DNA from: Carcharhinus longimanus
Lineage: Eukaryota
Reading direction: 5' to 3'
Assembly: GCA_030264375.1 (NCBI GenBank)
Contig: JASCQW010000072.1
Location: 15,439,581 to 15,503,580 of the forward strand
DNA: 64,000 bases
Position 1 is the stretch's first letter. Every line of letters starts with the position of its first letter. A program made the translations under genes and the position numbers. The notes below the pieces were generated by a model, which saw only the letters and a list, made by a program, of their open reading frames with translations, was not told where the DNA came from and did no database searches. Positions 1 through 11,104 of the stretch are shown here, one piece after another.

Positions 1-67
1 TGGTCGGCGCAACATTGTGGGCCAAAGGGCCTGTTCTGCGCTGTAATGTTCTATGATCTATGTTCTA
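1..67 (+). mobile_element. CR1 LINE 3' tail (truncated by window edge)
   Basis: GGGCCAAAGGGCCTGTTCTGCGCTGTAATG followed by a (TTCTATG)n-like tail; nearly the same sequence as the CR1 3' end at 20310-20366. Confidence 0.8.
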
Positions 68-69
68 AG

Positions 70-1185
70 GCCATTTCTATAATCTAGTAGCTGTTAAAGT
101 AAGAATGCCATTATATGGCCCAAAAATTGTCATCAAGGGTCAGTGGTCTGTCAAAAGAGTAAAATGATGCCCATAAAGGTAGTGATGAAATCTTCTTATG
201 CTGAATATAGTACTAAAAAGATGCTTTTTCCAGCTGAGCATAATTCACTTCCGCATTAGTAACTGTTCGTGAAGCAACTGTTATTGGTCACTGTTCTCCT
301 GAGGGCATTATACAGGAGACAACTGTGCCTACCCCATCGGGTGATGCATCGAAAACAAGTTGTAACTTCAGCCTGGGACTGAAATGAACCAACAGTTCCA
401 GCTTCTTTCGGGCTTCTTTTACCTCTTCCACGTTATTTTGTTCTGTGCCATACCTATTTGACTCATAGCAAAATGTGCAAAGGTTTCACTAGCATTGCTA
501 AATTTAGAACAAATTTACCATAATAGTTGATCAATTCTAGAAACAATCTTAGTTGTGTCACATTTGAGGATTAAATTGCTATCATTCTTTTCCGTCCCTT
601 GTGCAAGCCAACTTTATCAATTATGAGGCCCAAGTTGTTTATGGATGTATTGAAAACTTTTTTCTTTTTGCCAGAGATTATATTTCAATGTATCTTCAAG
701 TTCTTCAAGTGCTCTTGCTCACTTGAACCTATGATGAGAATGTCATCTAGATAACACTGTACATCATTTTGTCCAGTCGGAATTTGATCCATGGACTTCT
801 AGAATAGAGCAGATGTGAATGTTATCCCGAACGGCAGTCTCTGGTATTAAAACAGACCTTTGTGTGTTAAGGTAGTGAATAATGGTTATGAAATTTGCAG
901 CCATGTTCATTTGTAAGTATGCTTGTGATAGATCTATTTTACTGAATTTCTGGCTTCCAGATAGTCCAGCAAACAAGTCTTCAATCAGCGGATGTGGCTA
1001 CTGATTAGTACACAATACTGGTTGATCATCATCTTGAAATCTCCACATATCCTTACTGAGCCATCAGATTTAGTACAGGAATGACTGATGTAGCCCAATC
1101 ACTTTTAATAACTGATTCAATGACTCCTGTTTAGACAAGTCTTTCTGATTCTTCTTTGACTTTTGGCCCAATGGCAACTGGTACT
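70..1185 (-). mobile_element. Decayed Ty3/Gypsy pol (RT-RNase H), with stops and frameshifts
   Basis: Minus-strand translation gives RICGDFK, LFAGLSGSQKFSKIDLSQAYLQM, YLDDILI (catalytic YxDD near 740-752), FDASP (cf. CDAS), NYAQLEK and FHHYLYGHHFTLLTDH. Confidence 0.92.
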
Positions 1186-1450
1186 TGTAACAACTTTAAT
1201 CAGTCAATTGAGGTTGGCCTTTTAGAATATGAACTCCCTGATTAAGAGCCTTCATCAAACAACATCCTGATTAAGAGCCAAATTGATAGGCCAATCAGGG
1301 AGCCTCTCGCTTTGTACTTAACCAGAAGTGTCAATTCCTCTGGAACTCCTAAGTGTAAACTGCTAATTGGAAGCACTCTGTATGCTATTGTCAGACTTAT
1401 AAATAAAGGGAATTTGGTGAAGGGACTTCTGCCTCTGAGGACTTACTACA
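1186..1450 (+). mobile_element. Solo LTR inserted into the Gypsy pol
   Basis: Begins TGTAA and ends CTACA. Internal CCAAT and AATAAA. Flanked by near-identical 5-mers GTACT/ATACT. Pol homology resumes on both sides. Confidence 0.75.
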
Positions 1451-1563
1451 ATACTGCTCTGCTTTTAGACGTTTTGGCGTACTGTCTGACTTAATTTTGA
1501 GTTGGACTTCAATTCCTGTCATTGAGCCCAGTGAGTTTTCAAACAGATTTTTGTACTTTTCCA
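1451..1563 (-). mobile_element. Gypsy pol continuation (protease-RT linker)
   Basis: KYKNLFENSLGSMTGIEVQLKIKSDSTPKRLKA, joining VPVAIGPKVKEESERLV on the other side of the LTR (cf. typical KAR.VPYA.R.KVE.EL.RL). Confidence 0.8.
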
Positions 1564-1842
1564 GGTCCAAGATGGAAAAGCTCCAAAGGCCCGCGAACCT
1601 CTTTGCTTACTTTACTGCAGGTTACATGATGTTAGACCAGCAGAGATGCAACCACCTTAAATACATAATAAGCATTATAAAAGGGACATTGTGTTAAAAA
1701 AACAACTCGTCAAAGGTAAATTAACTGAAATGATCCAGACGAGAGATGCTAATATTTAAAAATTGATCAATAGAGTCTTTATTATCTCCACTAATGAACT
1801 GCTGCAACTTTCATGTGTAAAACTTAATTCTCTTTTTACTAA

Positions 1843-2298
1843 CAGCAAAACACTGCGGATACTGGAAATCTGAAACAAAAACAGAAAATATTGGAAATAC
1901 TCAGCAGGTCTGACAATAGTTTATCTGCTTCAAATCCAATATGACTCTTATTCCATGATTTCATTTTTTTTAGCGGAATAAAATTTTGAAAACATTTTGT
2001 TTCTTCAATGTTACAGTTTTAATTAGAGGACTATTTTATTGATTTTAAAATTAAAATAGGTACTTCCTTCATTCACGGATATTTGTACATTTAGGTGTAC
2101 CGTTTCAAAATTAGTTTAAGAATTGGAACAAGGAATGTAACTGCATCACATTTGCTTCACGGAAATCAGAACTGATGAAAGGTCTCAGACCTCTATCATT
2201 AACTGTTTCTCTTTTCATAGATGCTGTCATAACCTGCTGAGTATTTCCAGCATAGTCTCTTTATATTTCAGATTTCTAATATGCACAGGATTCTGGTT
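1843..2298. repeat. Two inverted arms of a fold-back repeat family (probably Penelope-derived) separated by an AT-rich spacer
   Basis: 1843-1916 (GGAAATACTCAGCAGGTCTGACA) is the reverse complement of part of 2168-2298 (TGTCATAACCTGCTGAGTATTTCC). Same family as 18577, 26692 and 38481. Confidence 0.7.
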
Positions 2299-2898
2299 TA
2301 GAATTCTAAAGTTCGTTAGACAAGTGGGGAAAGTGGATTTTACATTGGGTTTTGATGTAACTTTCAGCTTTGGTTGGCTGCACAGATTGATGGCTCAATC
2401 TTTCGGATTTCCTTTTAAATTTTGATAAGCTAAAAAGGTTCTTGGCTCAAGCTAAAGTCTTCAGAAGTTAACATAATTGGTTTGAAGAAAATGAAAACCT
2501 CTAAATAGGAGCAGTGGATTGATTTCAAACATTACTTATGCAGATTTTTAACAATAATGACAATTTGAAGATGTTAATTGTGTGAGAGTGTAGGTAAACT
2601 CAAAGTGCCAGTTGAAGTTAGAAGATGATGAGCAGAAACAACTAGAGATTGAGACATATACCAGACACTTACAAAGGATAAAATCATTTTCATATCAGAT
2701 CAAAGAGGTTGTATGTTTTCAAATTTATGCTAAGATACATGGCAGAAATTATAAGACAAGAGAAAGTGGGTTTGGGTGAGTATATAGAGTTACACGCTTT
2801 AAAAGGGACATTGCATCAGAATCCCACCCTCTTCTGGGTGTCATCTGGGTGGGTTTGAAAGCAAAAGTTCAATCCCTGTTTAACTGTTACACTGACAA

Positions 2899-3138
2899 CA
2901 ATTCTATCCAGACTCTATCCCCATAACCTAGATACTTACTCTGTTAATCCCCCTGACACTAAGGTTGAACTTAGCATGGTCAATCAACCTAAGCCACACA
3001 TCTTTAAACTGTGGGAGGAAACTGGAGCAACTGGAGGAAATCCACAAATATGGGGATAATGTGCAAACTCCAGTCCCCTGAGGCTGAATTGAACCCAAGT
3101 CCCTGGCGCTGTGAGGCAACAGTGCTACCATGCCACCC
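2899..3138 (-). mobile_element. HE1-type V-SINE
   Basis: Minus strand: tRNA-like head (TGCCTCACAGCGCCAGGGACTTGGGTTCAATTC) and V-domain (GGAGTTTGCACATT...TTTCCTCCCACAG..TAAAGATGTG). Confidence 0.88.
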
Positions 3139-3599
3139 TTAAGAAAAACAGTTAAATATTCTAATAGGCACCCAAGTATTGTTTCAGCTAATGTTTATGA
3201 CATTAACAGTAAACTGACACATTTCTCAGGCTGTCCACAACTCGCTACGGTCTAGATAAGTGCACAACAGGAAATACTTTCTTGATGAAATTAACAGGCC
3301 TTTAACTAGTGAAACTGAAGAACTGCAGCCATGGTCAGAGGACAGGCTGGTGCTCACAGAACTCAAGAGACTGCTTTCACTAATTGAAAGGTGATTGCCA
3401 ACTTGGAAGTCATTTCACTCACCTACAACTGTGCTTCCTTACTGTCAGCCTTTGCAGATCCACCTTCTAATTCTGCTGAGGAACTAGAGGAGCAGCAGCA
3501 CCAATATCAACAGCACCAGTAACAGCAGCAACACCAGCTGCCTTTGCCTAGTCACATGCCCATTCACAGTGCAGAAGGAATGAACACAGTGATCCAACT

Positions 3600-3790
3600 C
3601 CAAGGAAGTAAGTTTCCCAAAACAGGGTCTACAGATAGAGGAGCAGCTTTTTCGACATGTGTGGTGCACGATTGCCTCAGGAGGTATAGGTTTTCAAAGC
3701 AGGTTGTTGCTGATAGCTGCAGTTTTCTGGAACTGCCTACCCAGTGGACGAGCTGGGCATGCATTGGCCGACAAGTTATGTGTCACTCTT
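3600..3790 (+). mobile_element. PIF/Harbinger (HARBI1-like) transposase N-terminal remnant
   Basis: Across three frames: RVYR*RSSFFDM / CLRRYRFSKQVVADSCSFLE / LPSGRAGHAL, resembling the Harbinger N-terminal C..R.R(F/L)S motif region. A Gln-rich stretch lies just upstream at 3485-3545. Confidence 0.65.
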
Positions 3791-4069
3791 CCCCTATCTC
3801 GTTTCATCCCAGAGTCTCTGTCTCCCCCTGAAATTGTGTGCTCTCTTCTCCCTCAAATGCAATGAGTCATGAGTTTTAGTAATGGATTGTGTAAATAGCA
3901 GGGAATGACAAGATCTGTTGACTATAAAGGTGCAAGAGGGCAAAAAAGATGAGTTTGAGTGTTGACTGTTCTGATGGGAATATGAAGTGCCCTGGGAGAA
4001 AGGAATAAGTAAAGGTGTAGGCTGAGTTATACTGAGGAATACTGTGTAGGAGAATATAGGTCTTGGTTC

Positions 4070-4345
4070 CTGAAATTCCCATGCCTGTCCTCTTAAGGCG
4101 CCGGATCCTTGTGGTGTATCGTCTCCTGATTAGAGAGACCAAGCCTCAACTGCTGACTTCCTGAGCCACTTCCAATCATTGTCAACCAGTTCAGAGAAGT
4201 TGGCCTCTTCCTCCTTGCCTTGGAAGATCAGCTCAATGCATTTCCTATGATCCTGCGGTAGTGAGAGTGAGCAAGCCAGGGACAGCCTTCCCAGTGGTTG
4301 CTGCTGAATCAAAATTCCACATCCTGTTGAGCTACTCTAACCCAT
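4070..4345 (-). mobile_element. Harbinger second ORF (Myb/SANT-like) remnant
   Basis: Minus strand: ELIFQG, RKRP, then *LEVAQEVSS*GLVS, where the stops sit at the expected W (TGG>TGA) and R (CGA>TGA) of W.EVA.EVS.R. Confidence 0.55.
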
Positions 4346-4486
4346 GGCAGAGTCCGTTGAATTAGAAATGTCCTCTTTGACTAACCCAGCATGTCATCTG
4401 TTTTGATCCCCATTGACACCGATAATGGTTAGAAAGAAATTTGAACTTTCAGTTAATAGCCGAACAGTTGACAGAATAAGATTGCA

Positions 4487-5060
4487 GGCCCAATTTTACC
4501 ATCAAGTTGCATCCGTTTTCAGGCATGAAAGCTTGGTAAAGTCAAGTGTGAGGCGAGTAGCACGATCTGCACTCGCCTCCGTGCCGGTTCCCCCTTTACC
4601 AAGGCCCGAAAATAGCTGTGGTTGGGACTGAAATCCCAAACAGGCATGATGGCTATTTAAATGCATTTGCATGCATTTAAATTGACTTAATGGGCTGCAC
4701 GCCCAAACTTACTGGCACTTCCCCCTTTACCATGTGCTCGCCTATCCAGATTTGGTGTGAAACAGACATGCTCTACAAAAGTCTGATTCAGGCACTCCAG
4801 TTAGTGAGGAGACAAATGCTGAGCATCTGACAGCTCTCTACTTGAGAACAGTGGCCCGTGGTGGGGGGTTGGTTCTGATGGCTTTCTGCTTGAGATTGGC
4901 AGTACGAGCAGGGGAAGGTGGGTCCAACAGCACTCCGCTTGAGATCACTGGGGGGGTGGGGGTTCCACTGCCACTTTGCCTGTGATCAGTGAGGAGGAAG
5001 GGGCTGTCTGCTGCCACTCTGTCTTTGCTCAGTGGGTGGGGAGGAGGATGCATATCAGAA
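4487..5060. mobile_element. Non-autonomous DNA-transposon-like segment with GG..AATTTT terminus
   Basis: Starts GGCCCAATTTTACC, similar to the termini at 17528, 50677 and 54311. GC-rich, with an internal 12-bp perfect inverted repeat at 4655-4682. Confidence 0.5.
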
Positions 5061-5357
5061 GTGGGCAGAGTACGCAGATCACACCAGTGCTGTCTTTTGA
5101 ATTCAACACATCAGCTAATGCCCTCTCTTAAACAAGCGTACTTAAACATATGTACAGTAGGAATGATCCTCCACCAGTGCTGTTGAAAGAGATTATCAAT
5201 TACTTGAAGGCAATATTTTGGCTAAGTTGAATGGGTGCACATCCATGCAGAATTTGGAAATATGCAGCAAATTCCAATAAACAGGCTGAGCACAACGTTC
5301 CCTTTAAGATTTGTGTGTCTGCATAACTGTACTAGGGAGCAATTTTAATGTAAGTGA

Positions 5358-5534
5358 TTAGTCATGGCCCACGAAGGACCATAGACAACTCTAATAGAGA
5401 GAGACAATTGGTTTTATGTAGCTCCAGGGCACCAAGCACATCCAAACACAGGGTAGGAATGGGAATTGAACCTGTGTTATTGGTGTTACTCTGAATCATA
5501 CAGTAACCATTTAACCAACTGAGTTAACTGGCCC
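5358..5534 (-). mobile_element. Short tRNA-derived SINE
   Basis: Minus strand A-box-like TAACTCAGTTGG and B-box GGTTCAATTCC. Confidence 0.6.
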
Positions 5535-5672
5535 TAACTTTGAACATGCCATGCTTAAATGTACCGCACAGTGCAATAAACAAGCCATGCACAATAAAGA
5601 TGATGAGAAGAAATACTGCTTGCAGTTAGTTGCTGATTCACTTCTACTGGCTATTGCTATAACTATAGAACA

Positions 5673-6415
5673 GTGATTTGATATGATTGATTATTGTCAC
5701 ACATATTAGTACACAGCGAAAAGTATTGTTTCTCATGTGGTGTACAGGCAAAACATACCTTTCATAGAGAAGGAAATAAGAGAGTGCAGAATGTAGCATT
5801 ACAGTCATGGCAAGGGTGCAGAGAAAGATCAACTTGATGTGAGGTAAGTCCATTCAAAAATCTAATGGCAGCAGGGAAGAAGCTGTTCTTCAGTTGGTTG
5901 GTACATGTCCTTAGACTTTTATATCTTTTTCCCAACAGAAGAGAGTATGTTTGGGGTGTGTGGGGTCCTTAATCATGCTGGTTGTTTTTCCGAAGCAGCA
6001 GGGAGTATAGATAGAGTCAATGGGTGGGAGGCTGGCTTGAGTAATGGACTGAGGGCTTCATTCATGATCCTTTGTAGTTCCTTGCGGTCTTGGGCAGAGG
6101 AGCCATACAAAACAAAGAATGCTTTCTATGGTGTATCTGTAAAAGTTCAGGAGAATCACAGCAGGCATGCCAAATCTCCTTAGTCTTCTGACAAAGTAGA
6201 GACATTGGTGGGCTTTCTTAAATATAGTATCGGCATGGAGAGACCAGAACATATTATTGGTGATCTGCACATCTAAAAACTTGGAAGCTCTCAATCATTT
6301 CTACTTCATCTCCCTTGATGTAGACAGGGGCATGTCATCCACTATGCTTTCTGAAATTGATGACAATCCCCTTTGTTTTGTAGACATTGAGGGAAAGATT
6401 ATTGTCGTCGCACCA
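5673..6415 (-). mobile_element. Rex1/Babar-type LINE, 3' RT end plus 3' UTR
   Basis: KFLDVQITNNMFWSLHADTIFKKAHQCLYFVRRLRRFGMPAVILLNFYRYTIESIL matches the Rex/Babar C-terminal pattern. AATAA..AAATCA-type tail near 5675-5700. Confidence 0.85.
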
Positions 6416-6439
6416 ATTATTTAAAGTTTCTGAAATCTG

Positions 6440-7740
6440 GAGGTAGTGGTGTGACACATGCTGAAGGACTCTGACCTGACTTCAAGGATTCTGTACATTA
6501 AGCTTGCTCCTAGACAGAAACGCAGCAGCAGACATTCCGCCTGGACTACAGCATTACTTGAAGAATTAACAGAGGTGACTCAGTACAGGACAAAAAGAGT
6601 GAGGAGGATGACTCTCAGCAAGAGATATTGTCTGGGATGCTCAGCGAGCAATTGTCCTCCTTGAACCTTAGTGAGAAACTGTGTCAGACATTTCCACTTC
6701 ACTAAAGATGTTGCTGCAACCACAACCTGCAAGGTGACTTCAAATAGCTCTGTACCTCGAGGCCTAGCTTCGGAATGCACTGTTTCAGCACGTGCAGCAG
6801 AAACCGGGGCTGGCTGGCTGACTGACAGAAAACAGCAAGGGATTGGCAGAGTGACAGTGCTGGGAGGACAAATGCTATCACCCTGAGAGAAAGGACAGGA
6901 AATTTGTGCTACATCAAGCCAATGCCACACTCCCAGGGTGGTGCCTCAACAATTCTAGTCCTTTGCGGATGGCAGATTGGTGAATTGCCTGTGATATTCT
7001 GCAGGTTGCTTTGGACACTGGTATATGCAACTAGGATGACAGCCGTCTGCACTTGTGGAGCAGCCACCTGAGCTTGCAGGGAAGAGGGCTGAGCCTCCAC
7101 TACGGATGTTGGGTAGTTTTGTGTATTTTGCAACATAAGCTGAGAAATTGAACATCTGTAGCTGCAGCATGGTTGGTCCACAATAATTCACTTACACACT
7201 GGAAGGATGGGCTCCAGGCTCTGTGCAAAGCTCTATGTAATATTTCTGCTGGACTTCTCCATGTTCCTTAATGATGCATGTCTGAAGTCTGGCAGGCTTG
7301 CCAATGAGTCAATCTTTTTATTCTTCATACCCCTCAGCTTTCTGCTCTATTGAAGTATTCATCCGAGTCCTCTGCAGCAGAACTTGTGCGTGACCTCCCC
7401 TTCAGGGGAGCCATCACCAGTGCTGTACTTGCCCTGGCTGCAGACTACTGTGTCCAAGGACTCATCACAGTAGGATACCTTTAAATTAGGCACAATGTCA
7501 AACTTCGAGCTGTTGGCTGTAAGTGGCAGTGTTTCTTTGTCATTACTACCCTCCTACTCTTCCACTATTTCCTGGCCAGGTTGCAGTTTTTGGCTATCTG
7601 AAAAGAGAAATGTACAAAAGGTAAATGTTGTGATGAAGCAAAGAAGAAGGGATGCACACTTACGCCATCTGCAGCTGGTAAATCAGAAGAGTTTGTGAGA
7701 TGATGGGGAAGTGGGATGTGAGATGATGAATGTGTGAGGA
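6440..7740 (-). mobile_element. Decayed GC-balanced, coding-like segment, possibly the C-terminal exon of a Harbinger Myb-like ORF
   Basis: Minus-strand acceptor (TTTCTCTTTTCAG near 7598-7610) followed by broken low-complexity reading frames. Lies near other Harbinger remnants. No diagnostic motif found. Confidence 0.35.
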
Positions 7741-8399
7741 TCCGTCATCTTCTATGTTTACAGCCCTGTCATTGGGGTTGCTTGAGAAATAATCTATTAT
7801 ACCTGTATCTCACTGCTGAATACTTTCTTGAAAATACACAATTATTTTAACAAAAATAAAGCAGTTCGTTAGCTTTGTAAAGGTCGTTTAAATTCAGTCC
7901 CTCACTATAAGGAGTTTATCAAAAGAAACCAGCAATATTCAGAATTCTGTCCCAAGCATTACTTGACACAAATATTGCACATTTTGGCAACTGTCTGCAA
8001 TGCAATAGGGAAAAATCAAGTTTCTTTCAAATAATCTCAGAATGTGTAATATGTTCTGTTTTGTGTACGTTAGTTATCTTGAATGTGGTTGTAATTATTC
8101 TAATTCCAGAAAAGCTGGTAATTGAGTTGGGGGGGGATAATATTGAGCCAGGCTTTGATGTTAAAATAAAGACGAGGCCAATGAAGCTTAACATTATGTA
8201 TAGTACAGCAGCTCCAGGAAAGGACCAGAAATGCAGTTAAACTTGAATATCCAAAAGATGTTGCCCGAGTTACACTGCTCTGCTGTTAGCTTTGCAAAAC
8301 TGGCACTTCACTATCTGCCCCTATTGGAAAACATTGAATGTTGTAAACCTGTAATTGTGCAATAGATACAAACTACCATTAAACCAACCAAGTGCAGTC

Positions 8400-8890
8400 A
8401 TTACAAGCGTAACTTTCCTTCTAACAACATCGCTGTTGTTAATTACTGTCAATCAATCTCTCAAGTAATGTAAGTTAACTTTTACAAGTATGGTGACTCA
8501 ATCCGTCAGATCCTAATAATTTTTGGAGATTAAAAAAAAAGTGAAAGTTGAAACAAAATTAACTTTTCCTCTTATTTCCATACCCCCGTAACACAATCAT
8601 TCTCTTTCCCTTTTGTATCTAACTTGACATTGAATTTATCTGCTGTAATTTGCACTTCTTTCTCAGTCCTGGCACTGTTAAATTCACAATCCTTTAACCT
8701 GATTTGTTAAGGAGATATACAATTGATTGTCCTGTTCAGGTCTGGGGTGCCAAATTTCCCTCACTCCATTGTTATTACCTGACACTTGCAGCAACTTGCC
8801 ACACATAAAATTAAAAATCTAACTTAAATGAGAATTCTGACTAACTGCACAGGCTGTTAGATGCCCTGCTATAGCTGAATTTGTCCATAT
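8400..8890 (-). repeat. Ancient unclassified interspersed repeat, copy 1 (inverted relative to copies 2 and 3)
   Basis: The reverse complement shares ATCTGA.GGA.TGAG and GACAGTAATTAAC-like blocks with 21780-22150 and 55300-55800. Confidence 0.45.
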
Positions 8891-9189
8891 ATAGTTCTGG
8901 ATTGCACAGCTCCTCCACTGGTAAGAAATACAAAATAAGAAAACTCTTTCTGTAAATTACTAACAGAAGTATTGTTTCTCATTTAGATGTGGCCCAATAC
9001 TTCCCTTTTGAAAAGCTGGATAGTAGGATGTTCACTGTGAACACAACTTAGTGTTCTACCACTTTGGAAGTACTTGACACTTATACTAAGCACCCAAATA
9101 AGAGAATGTTTCATTTCTCAGTGCTAGCCTTCCTCACCTTAGCGGGGATAACAAAAAATAATCAAAAAGTTGAAAATGAAGAAGAATTT

Positions 9190-10095
9190 AGAATAGAATC
9201 ATGCAGAACAGAATCTGTATCAGCTGTTTAAGAGGGTTGTCAAATTTCGTCCCACAACCCAGTTTGTCCTCATAAATCTGCAAATTAATTCTCTTCCAGT
9301 CCTTATCCAATTGCCTTTTGAAAGTTCCTATGGAATCTGCTCACAATTAATGCCCGGCTAAAGGTCTCAGCCAATGTCATCACTCCAATTTAATAGGTTG
9401 TGGCATGGTGGGTGAAACCTCAAACTAACTGTAGCCCGGAAGGCTNNNNNNNNNNGGAAAGGGTGGTAGGAGGGGGGACTTTTTTCCCTAGCTCCCAAGC
9501 CAATTGGAGCCCCCTCTACAGTTTTCCCTCCTGGAGTTCACCCTTCACCTGTCCTACATGCACCCAACCCCTCTTTGAGGCACATCCCAAACTTACCTGG
9601 TTTTGGAGGCATCCACGGTTCCTTCTTCTCCCAGGCTTTCTGCAATACCGGCAGTGGCCACTAATCCTAGTGTGGTGCAGAGCTACAGGCCTCCACTCAG
9701 CCAGCATTTCCATCAGGCGGGATTTTCCCCCTCTAATTTCTTCGCCGAAATCTTATAGCTATGGCCTCTGGTTATCAATCGACTTGCCAGAAGAAACAGT
9801 ATCCCCCTATCTGCTCTATCAAATCTCTCATAATTCAGAACATCTCTATCAAATCTTCTCCTAATTTTCTCCAATTTAAGGAGAATAATCCCAGTTTCTG
9901 CAATCTCTCCACATCACTGTAAGTCCAACATCTCCGTTATCATTTTGGCAAATCTCCCTCTTCGAGGACTTGAGTTTCTTCCTAATGCCCAGAATCAATT
10001 ATAATACTCCAACTAAGGACTAAACAATGACTTGTAAATGTTTAGCATGATTTCCTTATTTTTGGCTTCAAAGTCCCTAGTTAAAAGGCTGGTGT
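9190..10095 (-). mobile_element. Decayed CR1 3' end interrupted by a GC-rich MITE-like insert (about 9345-9745)
   Basis: TAGAATAGAATCAT tail, ATCCAATTGCCTTTTGAAAG, and downstream AATACTCCAACT (reverse complement of the LEYC-type motif). Confidence 0.6.
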
Positions 10096-11104
10096 AATGT
10101 CACAGAGCAAATTCACAATCTAAATCACAATCCTGTAATATAGAAGAAACCACAGTTTTAAAGTTGTGATCTTTCATTTTTGTCGTCAGATTTTGGGGCT
10201 GGTAATGTTCACAGACTACTGAGTCCCTGTGCTTGGTGTTCATGCAGTTATTTGAAATCCAAGTTTCATTGCCTCTATCAATAATTTTATATATGTTTAC
10301 CAGCACCAACATTTACTGTGATGTGGATTTCAAATGAAGGGTTATTGCTGTGTGAAGCTGCATTTTTGAATAGCATTTATCGATGATTTACCCAAACTAG
10401 ATGGCCTTTGTAGCATGTAATACAGACAGAATAATTGTACAATATAACAGTTTTTTGTGTTCAATGAACATTATTGAATGAAGGTTATTCAAATTCTTCA
10501 TTTATTTGGAAAGGGTGTTTGCTGAATACAAGTTACAGTTACTGCTACAGTATCAGTTGTATTATGTATCTCCACAGCTGAAATCATTGCATTGTCTTGA
10601 CATCATTGTCAATACAATTTTCAAAATGCTAAAGAACTTCCAGAAAATAAGCAACCATCATCAAATTAAATAGCAATAGATACATTGCAGATATTTTAAA
10701 TGGAGGAAAAAATAAACATACTGTATTCAATTATTTAGACTCTGGTTATGCTGAATATCATTCTTACAATTTATGACATCATCACAATCCCTCCATTACT
10801 GTTTTGTATCTAACTGCAGTCATCTGTTACATAATATTTCTCACGTCAAGAAAATAGAATTATAGTTAGGCAGTAAGATAAGTTATCACACTGGCATCAG
10901 CAAGTTTTAAAGATTCACACCAATGCATTTGTACAAATCTGACAGATGTAATGAGTAAGAGATCCAACTATGTGGAGGCAGATAGCAAATCATTTCTTAA
11001 AAAAAGGCAAAGTGTACATTTTTTTTGAATCTCAAAACAATTTTGATCACCCAAAGATAAATTGCATGTCAATAATAGATAGTAACCTATTTTGTTGGGC
11101 ATGG

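Noticed and set aside
8315-8330. CTCF-like motif (minus strand CCAATAGGGGCAG)
   Set aside because: One G short of the core spacing; poor match.
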